The notes beneath the pieces are model-generated. The model worked only from the letters and a program-made list of their open reading frames with translations. It ran no database searches and had not been told where the DNA came from. A DNA stretch of 31,415 nt from Pirellulaceae bacterium (lineage in GTDB: Bacteria > Planctomycetota > Planctomycetia > Pirellulales > Pirellulaceae): positions 1 to 31,415 of the forward strand of contig JADHUC010000115.1 of the NCBI GenBank assembly GCA_016784735.1, given 5' to 3'. The stretch's first letter is position 1. Each line of letters starts with the position of its first letter. The translations under genes and the position numbers were made by a program. Positions 16,654-26,067 of the stretch are shown one piece after another.

Positions 16654-18768
16654 ATGGGCATTATGAAGCTGGGGCAACGTATTGTAGTGATGGCGTTGGT
16701 GGCTCATTCGGTGGCGGCTGCTTCAGCATCTGATCCGAGCTCTAAACATGGCGACTCGGCGAAACAACGGGAACAACCCCCCAACGTAGTCTCTCGGATT
16801 GGCGGCAGGCAGTTGCTGAGTGGTGGCTGGCGGCCGTCCATCGCCTTGTCCAGTGATGGCAGACGGTTAGCAATGCCACTCGGCGAAGATGGGTGCATCG
16901 GGATCTGTGACACACATTCGGCCACGCTTGTTCGTCCCCTCCAGGAACGCGAAACTGACAAGACAACCCCGTATCTGATGTATTGGCCAAATGGCAAGAA
17001 GCTGGCCACGTACACTGTTCCAGGCACGCTTCGGGTATGGGACCTGGAACCAGTCAAGCTGATCTTCTCCGTACCGGCACACGTGGACGGACTAGTGGGT
17101 GATCGGCAGATGGCGGTCTCTCCCGGTGGCGGCGTGTTTGCAGTATCTCCAGATGAAGGCCGTTCGATCCGCGTCTACGATGCAGGTAGCGGTAGCCTCC
17201 GAGCAACAGTGCAGCCTCCGCAGAGCCGAAAACTCACTGCGATTGCGGTCGATGGACAATCTCTCGTCGGACTCTGTATAGGATCCGAGGGGTGGGACGA
17301 GATCTTTACGTGGAAACTCGAAACGGGGGAATTGCAGTCACACTGCTCACTGAAGGGTTTGTTGCCCGCCGCGAGTGATGTCTTCCTGTCGCCCAGCGGC
17401 AAGTTCTTCGCCATGCCGGGGGTCATTGCCGGGGATGGCGGTCCAGAGCCTTCGATCGTCGTGGGCGATACGAAGACCGGCAAGGAAGTGAGACGGTTTG
17501 CACGGTCAACTGAACATCTTTCCGTCATCGCTTTCTCACACGACGATTCCTTTATAGCAGTCCAGGAAAAGTCGAGTCGTGGCGTAGCGGTTCTTAGCCT
17601 GAAGTCTGGCGATACATTGACGTTCCTTCCGGGCCTTTATAGCGCTGCTTACCAAATGGAGTTCTCTCGTGATGGGAGGGTCTTAGGCACCGCAAGTTTC
17701 TTCGGTATTCGTCTTTGGGATATCGAGTCGGGCGAGCAGTTCCCCACGACCACCGGTCCCGAGTCGATGTGGTCCGTGCGATTCTCCGGCAACGGGAAAC
17801 TCATCGTTTCCGACGGGCCAGGTGGAGTGAGGTGTTGGAGCACGTCTACGCGAGACCAAGTGTGGCACAGGGACAACGTCCATCATCCGACCTTTCCGTG
17901 GAACAGCCTCCAGGTCTTCGCCGTTGACGACCAAGGATCGCTCCATGCAATCGACCTGGCGTCCGGGAAACGTGCCTGGTCACGGCGACTTCCAACGTAT
18001 GAGGAAGTGATCCGTGCGCACGAGGTGCCGTCTTTCAGGCAACGCATGCCGCCTCCGAAAGCTCGCCTGGTTGGCGCGTCTGGTGATCAGAATGCCTTTG
18101 CCTACATCATTGATGGACACCGAATTGGAGTTTATCAACGAACAAAGGATGCCTTCCGGTTGCTCCCGGATATGGGACGACCACTTCCCGGTGGAGGATT
18201 GACCTTCGTTGGAGGAAATCCGGACCGCGTGTGCACCACAGTCCAAACGACTGCGGAATGGAAAGACGAATCGTCGGATCTTTTCGGGGACCCCGCCGAG
18301 CCTGTGATGGCGGCGAAAGCAGTCTACTATGAATTGAGCACCAATACGTCTCGTGACGGCGTCGCTGTCCCTTTTGGCGTTGAAGCTTGGTATTCCCGCA
18401 ACGGCCGCTATTGCTTCGTTTCGGCGATCCGCCGTCTGAATCCATCCGCGCGAGGCGAGTTGTACTATCTTGGTGCTCGGACGGCGAGCATGGTGAGGGC
18501 AGTTCATTTCGATGGCTGGTCGATTCCTCCTGATGATCCCTATAATCCTGCGGACCCGGTTGCTGTGACCGACGATGGCACGTTCGCAGCGCTCGTCGGA
18601 GATGACGGCGTAATCCACGTATTCGATCTTCGGCGTGGAAACGAGCAGTCAGCGCTCCGCGACGCCCATCTTCGAGAGTTCCGTTGCGTTGCGTTTTCCC
18701 GGGACGGAAAGAGGCTCGCATCGGGGGCCGTGGATGGGACAATTGTTGTGTGGGACGTGTCTGAGTGA
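16654..18768 (+). CDS. WD40-repeat exported protein
   Basis: Repeats such as VMSPGG..SPDEGRSIRVYDAGSG, SRDGRVLGTASFFGIRLWDIESG, VAFSRDGKRLASGAVDGTIVVWDVSE. Start chosen near MGIMKLGQRIVVMALVAHSVAAAS. Confidence 0.8.
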   Translation: MGIMKLGQRIVVMALVAHSVAAASASDPSSKHGDSAKQREQPPNVVSRIGGRQLLSGGWRPSIALSSDGRRLAMPLGEDGCIGICDTHSATLVRPLQERETDKTTPYLMYWPNGKKLATYTVPGTLRVWDLEPVKLIFSVPAHVDGLVGDRQMAVSPGGGVFAVSPDEGRSIRVYDAGSGSLRATVQPPQSRKLTAIAVDGQSLVGLCIGSEGWDEIFTWKLETGELQSHCSLKGLLPAASDVFLSPSGKFFAMPGVIAGDGGPEPSIVVGDTKTGKEVRRFARSTEHLSVIAFSHDDSFIAVQEKSSRGVAVLSLKSGDTLTFLPGLYSAAYQMEFSRDGRVLGTASFFGIRLWDIESGEQFPTTTGPESMWSVRFSGNGKLIVSDGPGGVRCWSTSTRDQVWHRDNVHHPTFPWNSLQVFAVDDQGSLHAIDLASGKRAWSRRLPTYEEVIRAHEVPSFRQRMPPPKARLVGASGDQNAFAYIIDGHRIGVYQRTKDAFRLLPDMGRPLPGGGLTFVGGNPDRVCTTVQTTAEWKDESSDLFGDPAEPVMAAKAVYYELSTNTSRDGVAVPFGVEAWYSRNGRYCFVSAIRRLNPSARGELYYLGARTASMVRAVHFDGWSIPPDDPYNPADPVAVTDDGTFAALVGDDGVIHVFDLRRGNEQSALRDAHLREFRCVAFSRDGKRLASGAVDGTIVVWDVSE

Positions 18769-18844
18769 GAATTTGGAGTTGTAGGCGACCTGGTAATACG
18801 TCTCTCAGGTCAATGACGGTGACTGACTAGCAGCGGATAAACAG

Positions 18845-19645
18845 ATGATGGAACCAGCAAACAGCGTCATAATCCTGTTGTTGAGTCTGCCGCCCACCTG
18901 GTTCACCGGCAGGTTGGAGCAGGCGAGAACGCAGAGTGACGCGGTGGCCGCGATTCACCGTCTGGGCGGGCGGGTGGTGTACGACTGCCAGATTGGCGTG
19001 AATGGATTGCGCCCGTATGCAGAGCCGCCTGGTCCGGAATGGCTCAGGAAGCTGCTCGGGATCGATTTCCTTGCCGACGTGCGGTCAGTCAGTTTCTTCC
19101 ATGCGACCCGACTTGACGACGACGACCTTGCGTGCTTGAGTCCGTTATCCGGGTTAACAGACCTTCTGTTGACCAATACCCAGATTACGGACGCAGGTCT
19201 GCGAAGGCTCACGGGATTGAAGTCTCTGGAGCGGCTGCTACTGGATCACACACACATTACCGATGAAGGGCTGGGCCTGCTATCGGACTTGAAGCATCTC
19301 CAAGGAATATCGCTCGAAGGCACACGAGTTGGCGATGCCGGGTTGCAGCACCTTAGCCAATTCAAGCAGTTGGAGGTGATTGCGCTTTACGGCACCACCG
19401 TTACGGAGAAGGGGATCAAAGAGATCGCAATGGAATTGCCGAACTGCCACATCACCTATCGATATGGATATACCAGGGGCCCGCCGCGGCATCGACAAAA
19501 CAGCCGGTCTGCGGCCGAAGCGGATCGTTTCTTTGAGGAATGGCGACGTGAGGTCGACGCGGAAATCGATGCTTTCCTCGAACGTCAACTTCGCGAACTG
19601 GAGGAGAGGAGCTTTCGCGGCGCTAGTCTCCCCGGAATTCCGTGA
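18845..19645 (+). CDS. Leucine-rich-repeat protein
   Basis: LSGLTDLLLTNTQITDAGLRRLTGLKSLERLLLDHTHITDEGLGLLSDLKHLQGISLEGTRVGDAGLQHL repeats. Confidence 0.85.
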   Translation: MMEPANSVIILLLSLPPTWFTGRLEQARTQSDAVAAIHRLGGRVVYDCQIGVNGLRPYAEPPGPEWLRKLLGIDFLADVRSVSFFHATRLDDDDLACLSPLSGLTDLLLTNTQITDAGLRRLTGLKSLERLLLDHTHITDEGLGLLSDLKHLQGISLEGTRVGDAGLQHLSQFKQLEVIALYGTTVTEKGIKEIAMELPNCHITYRYGYTRGPPRHRQNSRSAAEADRFFEEWRREVDAEIDAFLERQLRELEERSFRGASLPGIP

Positions 19646-19651
19646 AGAACA

Positions 19652-21022
19652 TTACAGATACTCGTCCGGGAATTTCCACGGATCGCGGTACTCGGGTTTG
19701 GCCGCCTTGGTGGCTTCGTCGTCGTTGCTGATGGTCTCTGTGGTCGGGTCGAACTGCAGGTCGCGGCCGACCTTCATCGCCAGGTTGGCCAGCATGTTGC
19801 CCGTGTTCAGCTTGTGGGCGTATTCCACGTTGCAGCTCGGCTGCCGGCGAGTGCGGATACAGTCCAGCCATTCGCGTTCGTGGCCAGGCGATGGTGGAAT
19901 CGACTCCTCCGGCGGTTCGGCCTCGGCCAGTGCCGTTGTCTGCGGGACAACCTGATGCGTCCTGTAATCACCGTAGATCGCTCCCTCGACACCGTGCAGA
20001 AAGTAGCCCAGGCGACGCTGGGTACCTTCCATCTTGGCCCCGGGTTTTGTGTAGCGAGCCACGTCCTGCAGATTGAAGCCGAAACTGTTCACTTGCGACA
20101 TCGACCACGCGAGCGTTACATCGGGGAACTCGAACGTCACCTCGTGAGTGTCGGGAGCGTCGGTGTTGTCCTTGATGTGCCGTTTGGAGCTGAAGCTGCT
20201 TATCCGCGTGGGGAAGTCCAGTCCCAGTGCCCAGTACGGCAGGTCGAGAATGTGCTCGCTCATGCCGCAAGTGCGGCCGCCTCCGTAGTCGAGCCACAGC
20301 GTATGCGAATAGCCGTTCTTGACGATATTGACGTTGAATGGGCGGATCGGCGCAGGGCCTACCCAAGAATCCCAATCGAGACCTTCCGGTGGGGCGCTGT
20401 CCGGCGGGAAGCCCTCGCCATCGGGGGCGTGCTTTGATACAAGGAAGCAGCGGGCGACGGCGATCTTGCCGAGCTTGCCCGACCGGACCCACTCGACCAC
20501 TCGGCGATAGTTCTCCGAAGCGTGGATCTGCGTGCCGAGCTGGCATACCCGGCTGTGCTTGAGAACGGCGTTTTTCACCGCGCGGCTTTCGGTCAAGTGT
20601 AGCGTCATGGGCTTCTGGATGTACAGATCCTTACCCGCCTCGCACGCGTCGACCGCTTGCCGGCAGTGCCACTGGTGCGGCGTGGCGATGATCACGGCGT
20701 CGATGTCCTTGTCGGCCAGCAGTTCGCGATAGTCGTGGTAGCCTTTCGGTTTGTTGCCGTACTTTTCCAGCGTGCGATCAAGATGTGACTTCCATACATC
20801 AGAAACAGCAGCAACGTCGATGTCATCGTACTTGGCGCAATTGGCCAAGTTGGCGTTCCCCATGTTGCCGGCCCCGATCAGGCCCAAGCGGATTTTCTCG
20901 TTGGCGCCGGGCCGGCCGGGTGCAGCCAAGGCAGTGCGCGAGATGACCGTTGGAACCGCTACACCGGCTGCGGCCGTCTGAGCTAGAAAGCGGCGACGCG
21001 TGTATTCGTTGTGTTTGGACAT
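19652..21022 (-). CDS. Gfo/Idh/MocA family oxidoreductase with TAT signal
   Basis: MSKHNEYTRRRFLAQTAAAGVAVPTVISR twin-arginine signal; EKIRLGLIGAGNMGNANLANCAKYDDIDVAAVSDV Rossmann; AVIIATPHQWHCRQAVDACEAGKDLYIQKPMT. Confidence 0.95.
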   Translation of the reverse strand: MSKHNEYTRRRFLAQTAAAGVAVPTVISRTALAAPGRPGANEKIRLGLIGAGNMGNANLANCAKYDDIDVAAVSDVWKSHLDRTLEKYGNKPKGYHDYRELLADKDIDAVIIATPHQWHCRQAVDACEAGKDLYIQKPMTLHLTESRAVKNAVLKHSRVCQLGTQIHASENYRRVVEWVRSGKLGKIAVARCFLVSKHAPDGEGFPPDSAPPEGLDWDSWVGPAPIRPFNVNIVKNGYSHTLWLDYGGGRTCGMSEHILDLPYWALGLDFPTRISSFSSKRHIKDNTDAPDTHEVTFEFPDVTLAWSMSQVNSFGFNLQDVARYTKPGAKMEGTQRRLGYFLHGVEGAIYGDYRTHQVVPQTTALAEAEPPEESIPPSPGHEREWLDCIRTRRQPSCNVEYAHKLNTGNMLANLAMKVGRDLQFDPTTETISNDDEATKAAKPEYRDPWKFPDEYL

Positions 21023-21066
21023 GGAAAGGCTCCCTTCTCTGATGTCTGTGGTCAAGCTACTTCTCC

Positions 21067-21231
21067 AAATGCACCTGAGGTGGACTGGCATAGGCTTCGT
21101 AGGTCAGGCTGTGCCTGACGGAAACGGGCTCGAATGGCGTCGACCCGCAAGTCGTCAGGCACAGCCTGACCTACTGAGTATTGTGGTCCTGCTATTGCTC
21201 TAAACGCACCTGGGGTGGACTGGCATAGGCT
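21067..21231. repeat. 30 bp near-identical direct repeats flanking a perfect 21 bp inverted repeat
   Basis: Direct copies 21067-21096 and 21202-21231 (28/30). Inverted arms TAGGTCAGGCTGTGCCTGACG (21100-21120) and CGTCAGGCACAGCCTGACCTA (21153-21173), 32 nt spacer. Confidence 0.85.
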
Positions 21232-22508
21232 GCCCAGACCGACTCCAACGTGGCGTTGTCGCTCAGTCCAGGGTGAATCCAAAGCCGATACTTCAGCACG
21301 AGCGGCTTGTCGCGCTGGAGTGCCACTTCACGATCACCGGGCCAAGCTGGCTGGACGCTGCGCCAGCGAGGGTATTGCCCCGGCACGCGGTCGGCGGTCT
21401 GTGGGTTGGGGAAACTCGGGTAGTCAGGATTGTTCACGTGCTCGAGCATCGCCAAACCGGCCGGGCCTTTGCCACCGGGGAACTTGCCAGTTAAGTGGAA
21501 CCACGCTCGTCGCGGTTCTGCTTCCGGCGGTTCGATGTGCATGTCGATTCTCCGCTCGTCGAATTCGGGGAAGGTGCGGAGATTGAAACCTCCGTAAGTC
21601 GCCTTCGGTCGGCCGCCGATGCTCACGTCATCCACCAGAGCCGTCAGCCCTATGTGAACGTCGAGAAACCGGCAGCGATTCTGTTGCCGGAAGGCGCGGA
21701 TGGCCACGTCCTCGCGAACGATCGGCTCGCGATCGCCCCATTTCCACACGTTTTCGGCGTCGATTGCCGCCAGCACGGGACCCGCCTCGATGCGGTTCAT
21801 ACTGACTGGTCGAGCCCAAACGCCACCGGGCTGCTTCGGCAACACGCGGACGGCCCAGATGTCGCGAACTTCGCCTTTGAATCGCACGACCGGCCAAGCC
21901 CAGCAGATGCCACGGTGGTGCGGGTGATTCATTGAATAATCGTCAGTAAGTTGCTCGCCGTCCGGTCCAAAGACGGGGTGTATGTAGTCGCCCCGAGCGT
22001 AATAGAGCGGTGGGTCACGGTCCTTTTCGAAGTGCTGCACAATCTCCGGTGGCGGTGTGACTGTACCCTGGTTGTAACGGAGCACTGTCAGAGTCCCCTC
22101 GGTCACGTCGACCGCCTTCCGCCGTTGATCCAGAGACAATGCCAACGCCGGTACAGCCGGCTCGTCGCCGACGACCAACTCGAATCGCCGTTCGCCTGCA
22201 GAGCCCGGCGGCATCAGCCACCACAACGTTCCCTTCGTCGAGTCTTGCGTGTCCCGGACGAACTGCACGGCCACGGCGAGTCCACCATCATCACGCTTGT
22301 TGGTCCGCTCCACCAACCGAATGCACTCGGGTTTCACCGTTCTATCGAAAACGTTTGCCAGATCCATGCCGACCGATGCCGGCGCGCCAACGCGTGCACT
22401 CGCTCCGCCCGCGTCGGTTACGACGAGGATCGGGCCGCCAGCCGATAGGCTGTTTGCCGTCAGCAACGCGACGGCGATATGAATCACAAGAAATCGTCCC
22501 ATCTTCAT
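21192..22508 (-). CDS. PmoA family (DUF6807-like) exported protein
   Basis: LRYNQGTVTPP...DPPLYYARGDYIHPVFGPDGEQLTDDYSMNHPHHRGICWAWPVVRFKG, and EHVNNPDYPSFPN. Confidence 0.85.
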   Translation of the reverse strand: MKMGRFLVIHIAVALLTANSLSAGGPILVVTDAGGASARVGAPASVGMDLANVFDRTVKPECIRLVERTNKRDDGGLAVAVQFVRDTQDSTKGTLWWLMPPGSAGERRFELVVGDEPAVPALALSLDQRRKAVDVTEGTLTVLRYNQGTVTPPPEIVQHFEKDRDPPLYYARGDYIHPVFGPDGEQLTDDYSMNHPHHRGICWAWPVVRFKGEVRDIWAVRVLPKQPGGVWARPVSMNRIEAGPVLAAIDAENVWKWGDREPIVREDVAIRAFRQQNRCRFLDVHIGLTALVDDVSIGGRPKATYGGFNLRTFPEFDERRIDMHIEPPEAEPRRAWFHLTGKFPGGKGPAGLAMLEHVNNPDYPSFPNPQTADRVPGQYPRWRSVQPAWPGDREVALQRDKPLVLKYRLWIHPGLSDNATLESVWAAYASPPQVRLEQ

Positions 22509-22702
22509 ACCTCCTCAGGTCAACGCGGACAACATTTTTCGGAAGTCGGGATTCGACGGCGAAGCTCTCCTTGAAGGCCCAAACGCCGACCGTCAGTTAC
22601 CAATTCATCTGGATGCGTTCGGCCATTGTCTGACGCACCGGTCATCATCTTCGCCATTCCGGGAAAGCGGCGGGAGACGCACCTCAAACTCGGAACGGTC
22701 AA

Positions 22703-23503
22703 TCATGTCTTCAGTTGGGCGGCCTGCGACGGCGTCGCTCGGGACGGGGGTGTCTCGATGGGTTCGAGGCTCGCGATATGGAGAAAGTCGATTAAGTCGT
22801 GTCGCTCGATCGTCTCTGGTGCGTCTTCCGATGCCGGAAAACCGACAAGGGCGTAGGTCGTGGTCAACCATACGAGGTCCGGGCGATATACGTCGTATAC
22901 CGCACCGTCGGCCGCGTGGATACGGAAAGGGCAAAATGGCCGAGTTTGCAGCGCCCGCAGCAATTCTCGTTGTCCCAAAGGGGAATGACTCGGCTCTGCG
23001 ACCGTGGCCAGTACGACGCCTTCCTCCCGATCTATTGCCTCCTTGAGATTCTTATGAACGACAAACGTCATTCGCCCGTTTGCGAAATCCACATAACGCG
23101 GCTGAGGCGCGCCGCGTTGCGCACATTGGTGGCACTGTGGCATCTTCACCTGTGCGACGCTCGTCTTGTGAATCCGGCGCAGAAAGAAGTAAAACGCCGT
23201 GGGCCAGGAAACGATTAGCGCAATCACTGCCTGGACCAAGCCTGACGGCTGATCTTGCTCTCCACCCGAAGACCGGCACACCGCCACGTAGCGCTCGGAC
23301 GCCTGGCCACAGTCACAACAGATCCACGGAAGCGCTGTCCCCTGCGAAACACGAAGTGAAGTCCGGTGTGGGTCGGTGCCGCGTGCGTCGCGAATGTTTC
23401 TCCGGCAAGCGGGGCACGTCCCATCCGCCTTGGCAATCATCCGCGTGAAGCAATGAGGGCACTCGGTGATCATTTCTCTGGTTGGACGCTGTTCGTTTGT
23501 CAT
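22703..23503 (-). CDS. Hypothetical zinc-ribbon protein
   Basis: CPHCFTRMIAKADGTCPACRRN, CCDCGQ, CHQCAQ; one hydrophobic segment; C-terminal segment PFCPFRIHAADGAVYDVYRPDLVWL. Confidence 0.65.
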   Translation of the reverse strand: MTNEQRPTREMITECPHCFTRMIAKADGTCPACRRNIRDARGTDPHRTSLRVSQGTALPWICCDCGQASERYVAVCRSSGGEQDQPSGLVQAVIALIVSWPTAFYFFLRRIHKTSVAQVKMPQCHQCAQRGAPQPRYVDFANGRMTFVVHKNLKEAIDREEGVVLATVAEPSHSPLGQRELLRALQTRPFCPFRIHAADGAVYDVYRPDLVWLTTTYALVGFPASEDAPETIERHDLIDFLHIASLEPIETPPSRATPSQAAQLKT

Positions 23504-23666
23504 GACGTCGGCAAGTCTGGACACCACAACCTCCAGAGCTCTGCCAATCTGACACGCGCCTATTCAATATCGACTAAGCAGCAGCGCAGTGCAAGCATGG
23601 TCGTCGTGGAGCCGTCCCTTTGGTCGGGCAAATGTGGTCGTTACCAGTGAAGTGCTCGGATAGACT
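23497..23666. repeat. Imperfect ~170 bp direct repeat, copy 1
   Basis: TTGTCATGACGTCGGCAAGTCTGGACAC...TGCAAGCATGGTCGTC...AGTGCTCGGATAGACT; equivalent blocks in the same order at 25830-25998. Confidence 0.75.
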
Positions 23667-23801
23667 GCCTGAACTGCACCACCTTGCCGGGAAGACGAAG
23701 GGAAAGACGTTGCCCATTCACATGTTAACCCCGCCGGCCCCGTGCCGAATGTTGCGAGATCAAGCCTTTCGGTGCGGGTTCTTGGGCGGTTGCCGAGATT
23801 G

Positions 23802-23885
23802 GCGTGTACGAGTAGGTGTACGAGTACGGCACGAATTCAGGCGAAAACACGGTCCCCACGCACTTCTACGCGTACTCGTACACGC
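23802..23885. repeat. Inverted repeat rich in GTGTACGAGTA
   Basis: GCGTGTACGAGTA (23802-23814) and GTGTACGAGTACG (23816-23828), each complementary to CGTACTCGTACACGC (23871-23885). Confidence 0.6.
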
Positions 23886-24055
23886 ATATCTCTTCCTCTT
23901 TTCTGAACGTTGTCTCCTCGCAGATGCTTGATCTCGCACCATTCGGCCCCGTGCCGGCGGTGAATCGCTTTGACAACTACGTGCGGAGCCCTCGAAATCG
24001 CCTTCGCCTACTTGACTTCCTGTGAATACAGAACGAATCCCGGACCCAACTTCCT

Positions 24056-25786
24056 TCACGGCGGTGGAGAACTCAGCCAACCAACGTCTGTCCCCGGCAA
24101 CGCCTTGGCAAGGTACCGCTCGCCAGCGTCGCTGACCAGGGTGCCGCCGAGACGAACTTCCTTCAGGTGGCTCAGACCAGTTAGGCGTGGGAGGCCGGCG
24201 TCGCTGATTCTGGTTTCGACTAGATTAAGATACTCCAGTTTCTTCAAATCCTGGAGGTAGATGAGGCCGGCGTCGGTAATTTTGGTGGAATCCAGGTTCA
24301 GAGACTTGAGGTTGGTCAAGCCCTGGAGGTGCATCAGGCCCGCGTCCGTCACGGAGTTTGCGGCCAAGTTTAGCTTTGTGAGCTTTGACAACGACTTCAG
24401 GAACTCGGTGCCGTTGTCGGTTACGCGCGTCTCTAACAAATCCAGGTCCGTAAGCTCGGTCAACTCCGCAACGTGCGCCAAGCCCGCGTCGGTGACTTGT
24501 GTTCCCGCTAAGTGCAGCTTCTTGAGCTTGGCGAGCCCCTTGAGATGTTCCAGCCCGACGTCGGTGACCGGTGCAACCCAGAGTCGCAGTTCTTCAAGGC
24601 TGGTCAGTCCTTGAAGGTGTTCAAGCCCGGCGTCGTCCACTTTGGTCCACCGGAGATCGAGTTGCCGAAGCTTGCGCAGCCCCTTGAGGTATCTCAAACC
24701 GGGACCGCGAATTCGCGTGTTGTGGAGATCGATGTTTTTCAGTTCGCGCAGTCCTGCGAGATGCACCAATCCGGCGTCGCTGATCCCGTTACCGCCGATA
24801 TCTAAATCTTCCAGTCGAGTCAGTCCACTCAGGTGCCTCAAGCCGACATCTGTTATGCGCGTGAAGCCGATGTCCAGATGTCGCAGATTGGAAAGTACTT
24901 TCAAGCGTTCGAGACTTACATCGGTGATTTTGCTTTGACTAAGAACGAGCGTTTCGAGCTCGCCTAGGTTCTGCAGGTGTTCCAGCCCTGCATCGCTGAC
25001 CGTACAACCGCAAAGCCCCAACTCTGTGAGCTTCGTCAGTCCTCCCAATCGCGCCGCACCAGTATCGGTAACTTGCGCATTCCAGAGCTGGAGGCATCTC
25101 AACTCGGGTAGTCCATGAAGATGCTTCAGTCCGTGCCCGACAACCTTGCTGCGGTGGATGCGGAGAGACTCGAGCTTAGTCATACCGGAAAGGTGCGATA
25201 GACCCGCGTCAGTAATTGCGTGCGACCATAGATCCAGTTCGCGAAGACTCGCCATGCCCTTAAGGTGTTCCAGGCTTTGGTCGGTAAGGTGATATCGTCT
25301 AAACGGAAGAGCCCCGTAAAGCTTCAAGGATCGGAGTTTGGGCAGCTTCGCCAGGTTTGCCAAGCCGGGGCCGCTGATTCCCGCCGAAAGCTCTAGGTGT
25401 TCAAGGTTGCCCAAGCCGGTCAGGTGCTGCATTCCGGCATCTGTCACATACGTGCAGCCAAGTATCAGCTTCTTAAGGTTGGTCAAACCTTGCAGGTGCC
25501 GCAATCCAGCATCCGTGACTTTGACGCTGTCCAATCGCAGTGCCTGAAGGTTGCGCAGTTCTCGCAGGATGTGCAAATCGTCGTCGCCAACGTACGCACC
25601 CGTTGATAGGCTCAATGAAATCGCCGGATTTTGTGAATCCGGTTCGTCGATTCTCACTCTTCCTCCCAGGTTCTCAATCTTGGCAATGATCCTCTCCTGT
25701 TCGGTCTGCGCGTCGGCCGTCCAGGTCGAGAAGACATTCGCAGCAAACATACCCAAGAGAAGCATCACCAGAGTAGGTCTTTTCAT
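24056..25786 (-). CDS. Large exported leucine-rich-repeat protein
   Basis: Signal-like MKRPTLVMLLLGMFAANVFSTWTADA, then many ~24 aa LRRs of the form LxxLxxLDLxxTxITDAGLxHLxGLTxL. Confidence 0.92.
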   Translation of the reverse strand: MKRPTLVMLLLGMFAANVFSTWTADAQTEQERIIAKIENLGGRVRIDEPDSQNPAISLSLSTGAYVGDDDLHILRELRNLQALRLDSVKVTDAGLRHLQGLTNLKKLILGCTYVTDAGMQHLTGLGNLEHLELSAGISGPGLANLAKLPKLRSLKLYGALPFRRYHLTDQSLEHLKGMASLRELDLWSHAITDAGLSHLSGMTKLESLRIHRSKVVGHGLKHLHGLPELRCLQLWNAQVTDTGAARLGGLTKLTELGLCGCTVSDAGLEHLQNLGELETLVLSQSKITDVSLERLKVLSNLRHLDIGFTRITDVGLRHLSGLTRLEDLDIGGNGISDAGLVHLAGLRELKNIDLHNTRIRGPGLRYLKGLRKLRQLDLRWTKVDDAGLEHLQGLTSLEELRLWVAPVTDVGLEHLKGLAKLKKLHLAGTQVTDAGLAHVAELTELTDLDLLETRVTDNGTEFLKSLSKLTKLNLAANSVTDAGLMHLQGLTNLKSLNLDSTKITDAGLIYLQDLKKLEYLNLVETRISDAGLPRLTGLSHLKEVRLGGTLVSDAGERYLAKALPGTDVGWLSSPPP

Positions 25787-25829
25787 GGCACTACTTGTTC
25801 AGCATACTGAGCCGTCCAGAGGTTTCCAA

Positions 25830-25998
25830 TTGTCATGATGTCCGCAAGTCTGGACACGACCTGGTACTCGGCCTTGCCGATGAAATCCGTACGCGTGCAA
25901 TATCGGCCAAGTGCAACGGCAATGCAAGCGTGGTCGTCTCGGGCCATCGTTCTGGCCGGAGGATTTTGGTCGCCGGCGGCGAGGTGCTCGGATAGACT
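25830..25998. repeat. Imperfect ~170 bp direct repeat, copy 2
   Basis: TTGTCATGATGTCCGCAAGTCTGGACAC...TGCAAGCGTGGTCGTC...GGTGCTCGGATAGACT. Confidence 0.75.
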
Positions 25999-26067
25999 AT
26001 CGTGTACACTACTCCCTGAAACTTGCCCTTATCAGCTCGTGCATGGGAAACGCGAAAGGAGCAGAAG

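Noticed and set aside
23620-23931. 103 aa plus-strand ORF after repeat copy 1
   Set aside because: Translation runs through the intergenic inverted repeats (VRVGVRV) with no domain; more likely non-coding.
24056-25786. Possible CRISPR or tandem DNA repeat array because of regularly spaced motifs
   Set aside because: Periodicity is ~72 nt and in frame, matching 24 aa leucine-rich repeats.
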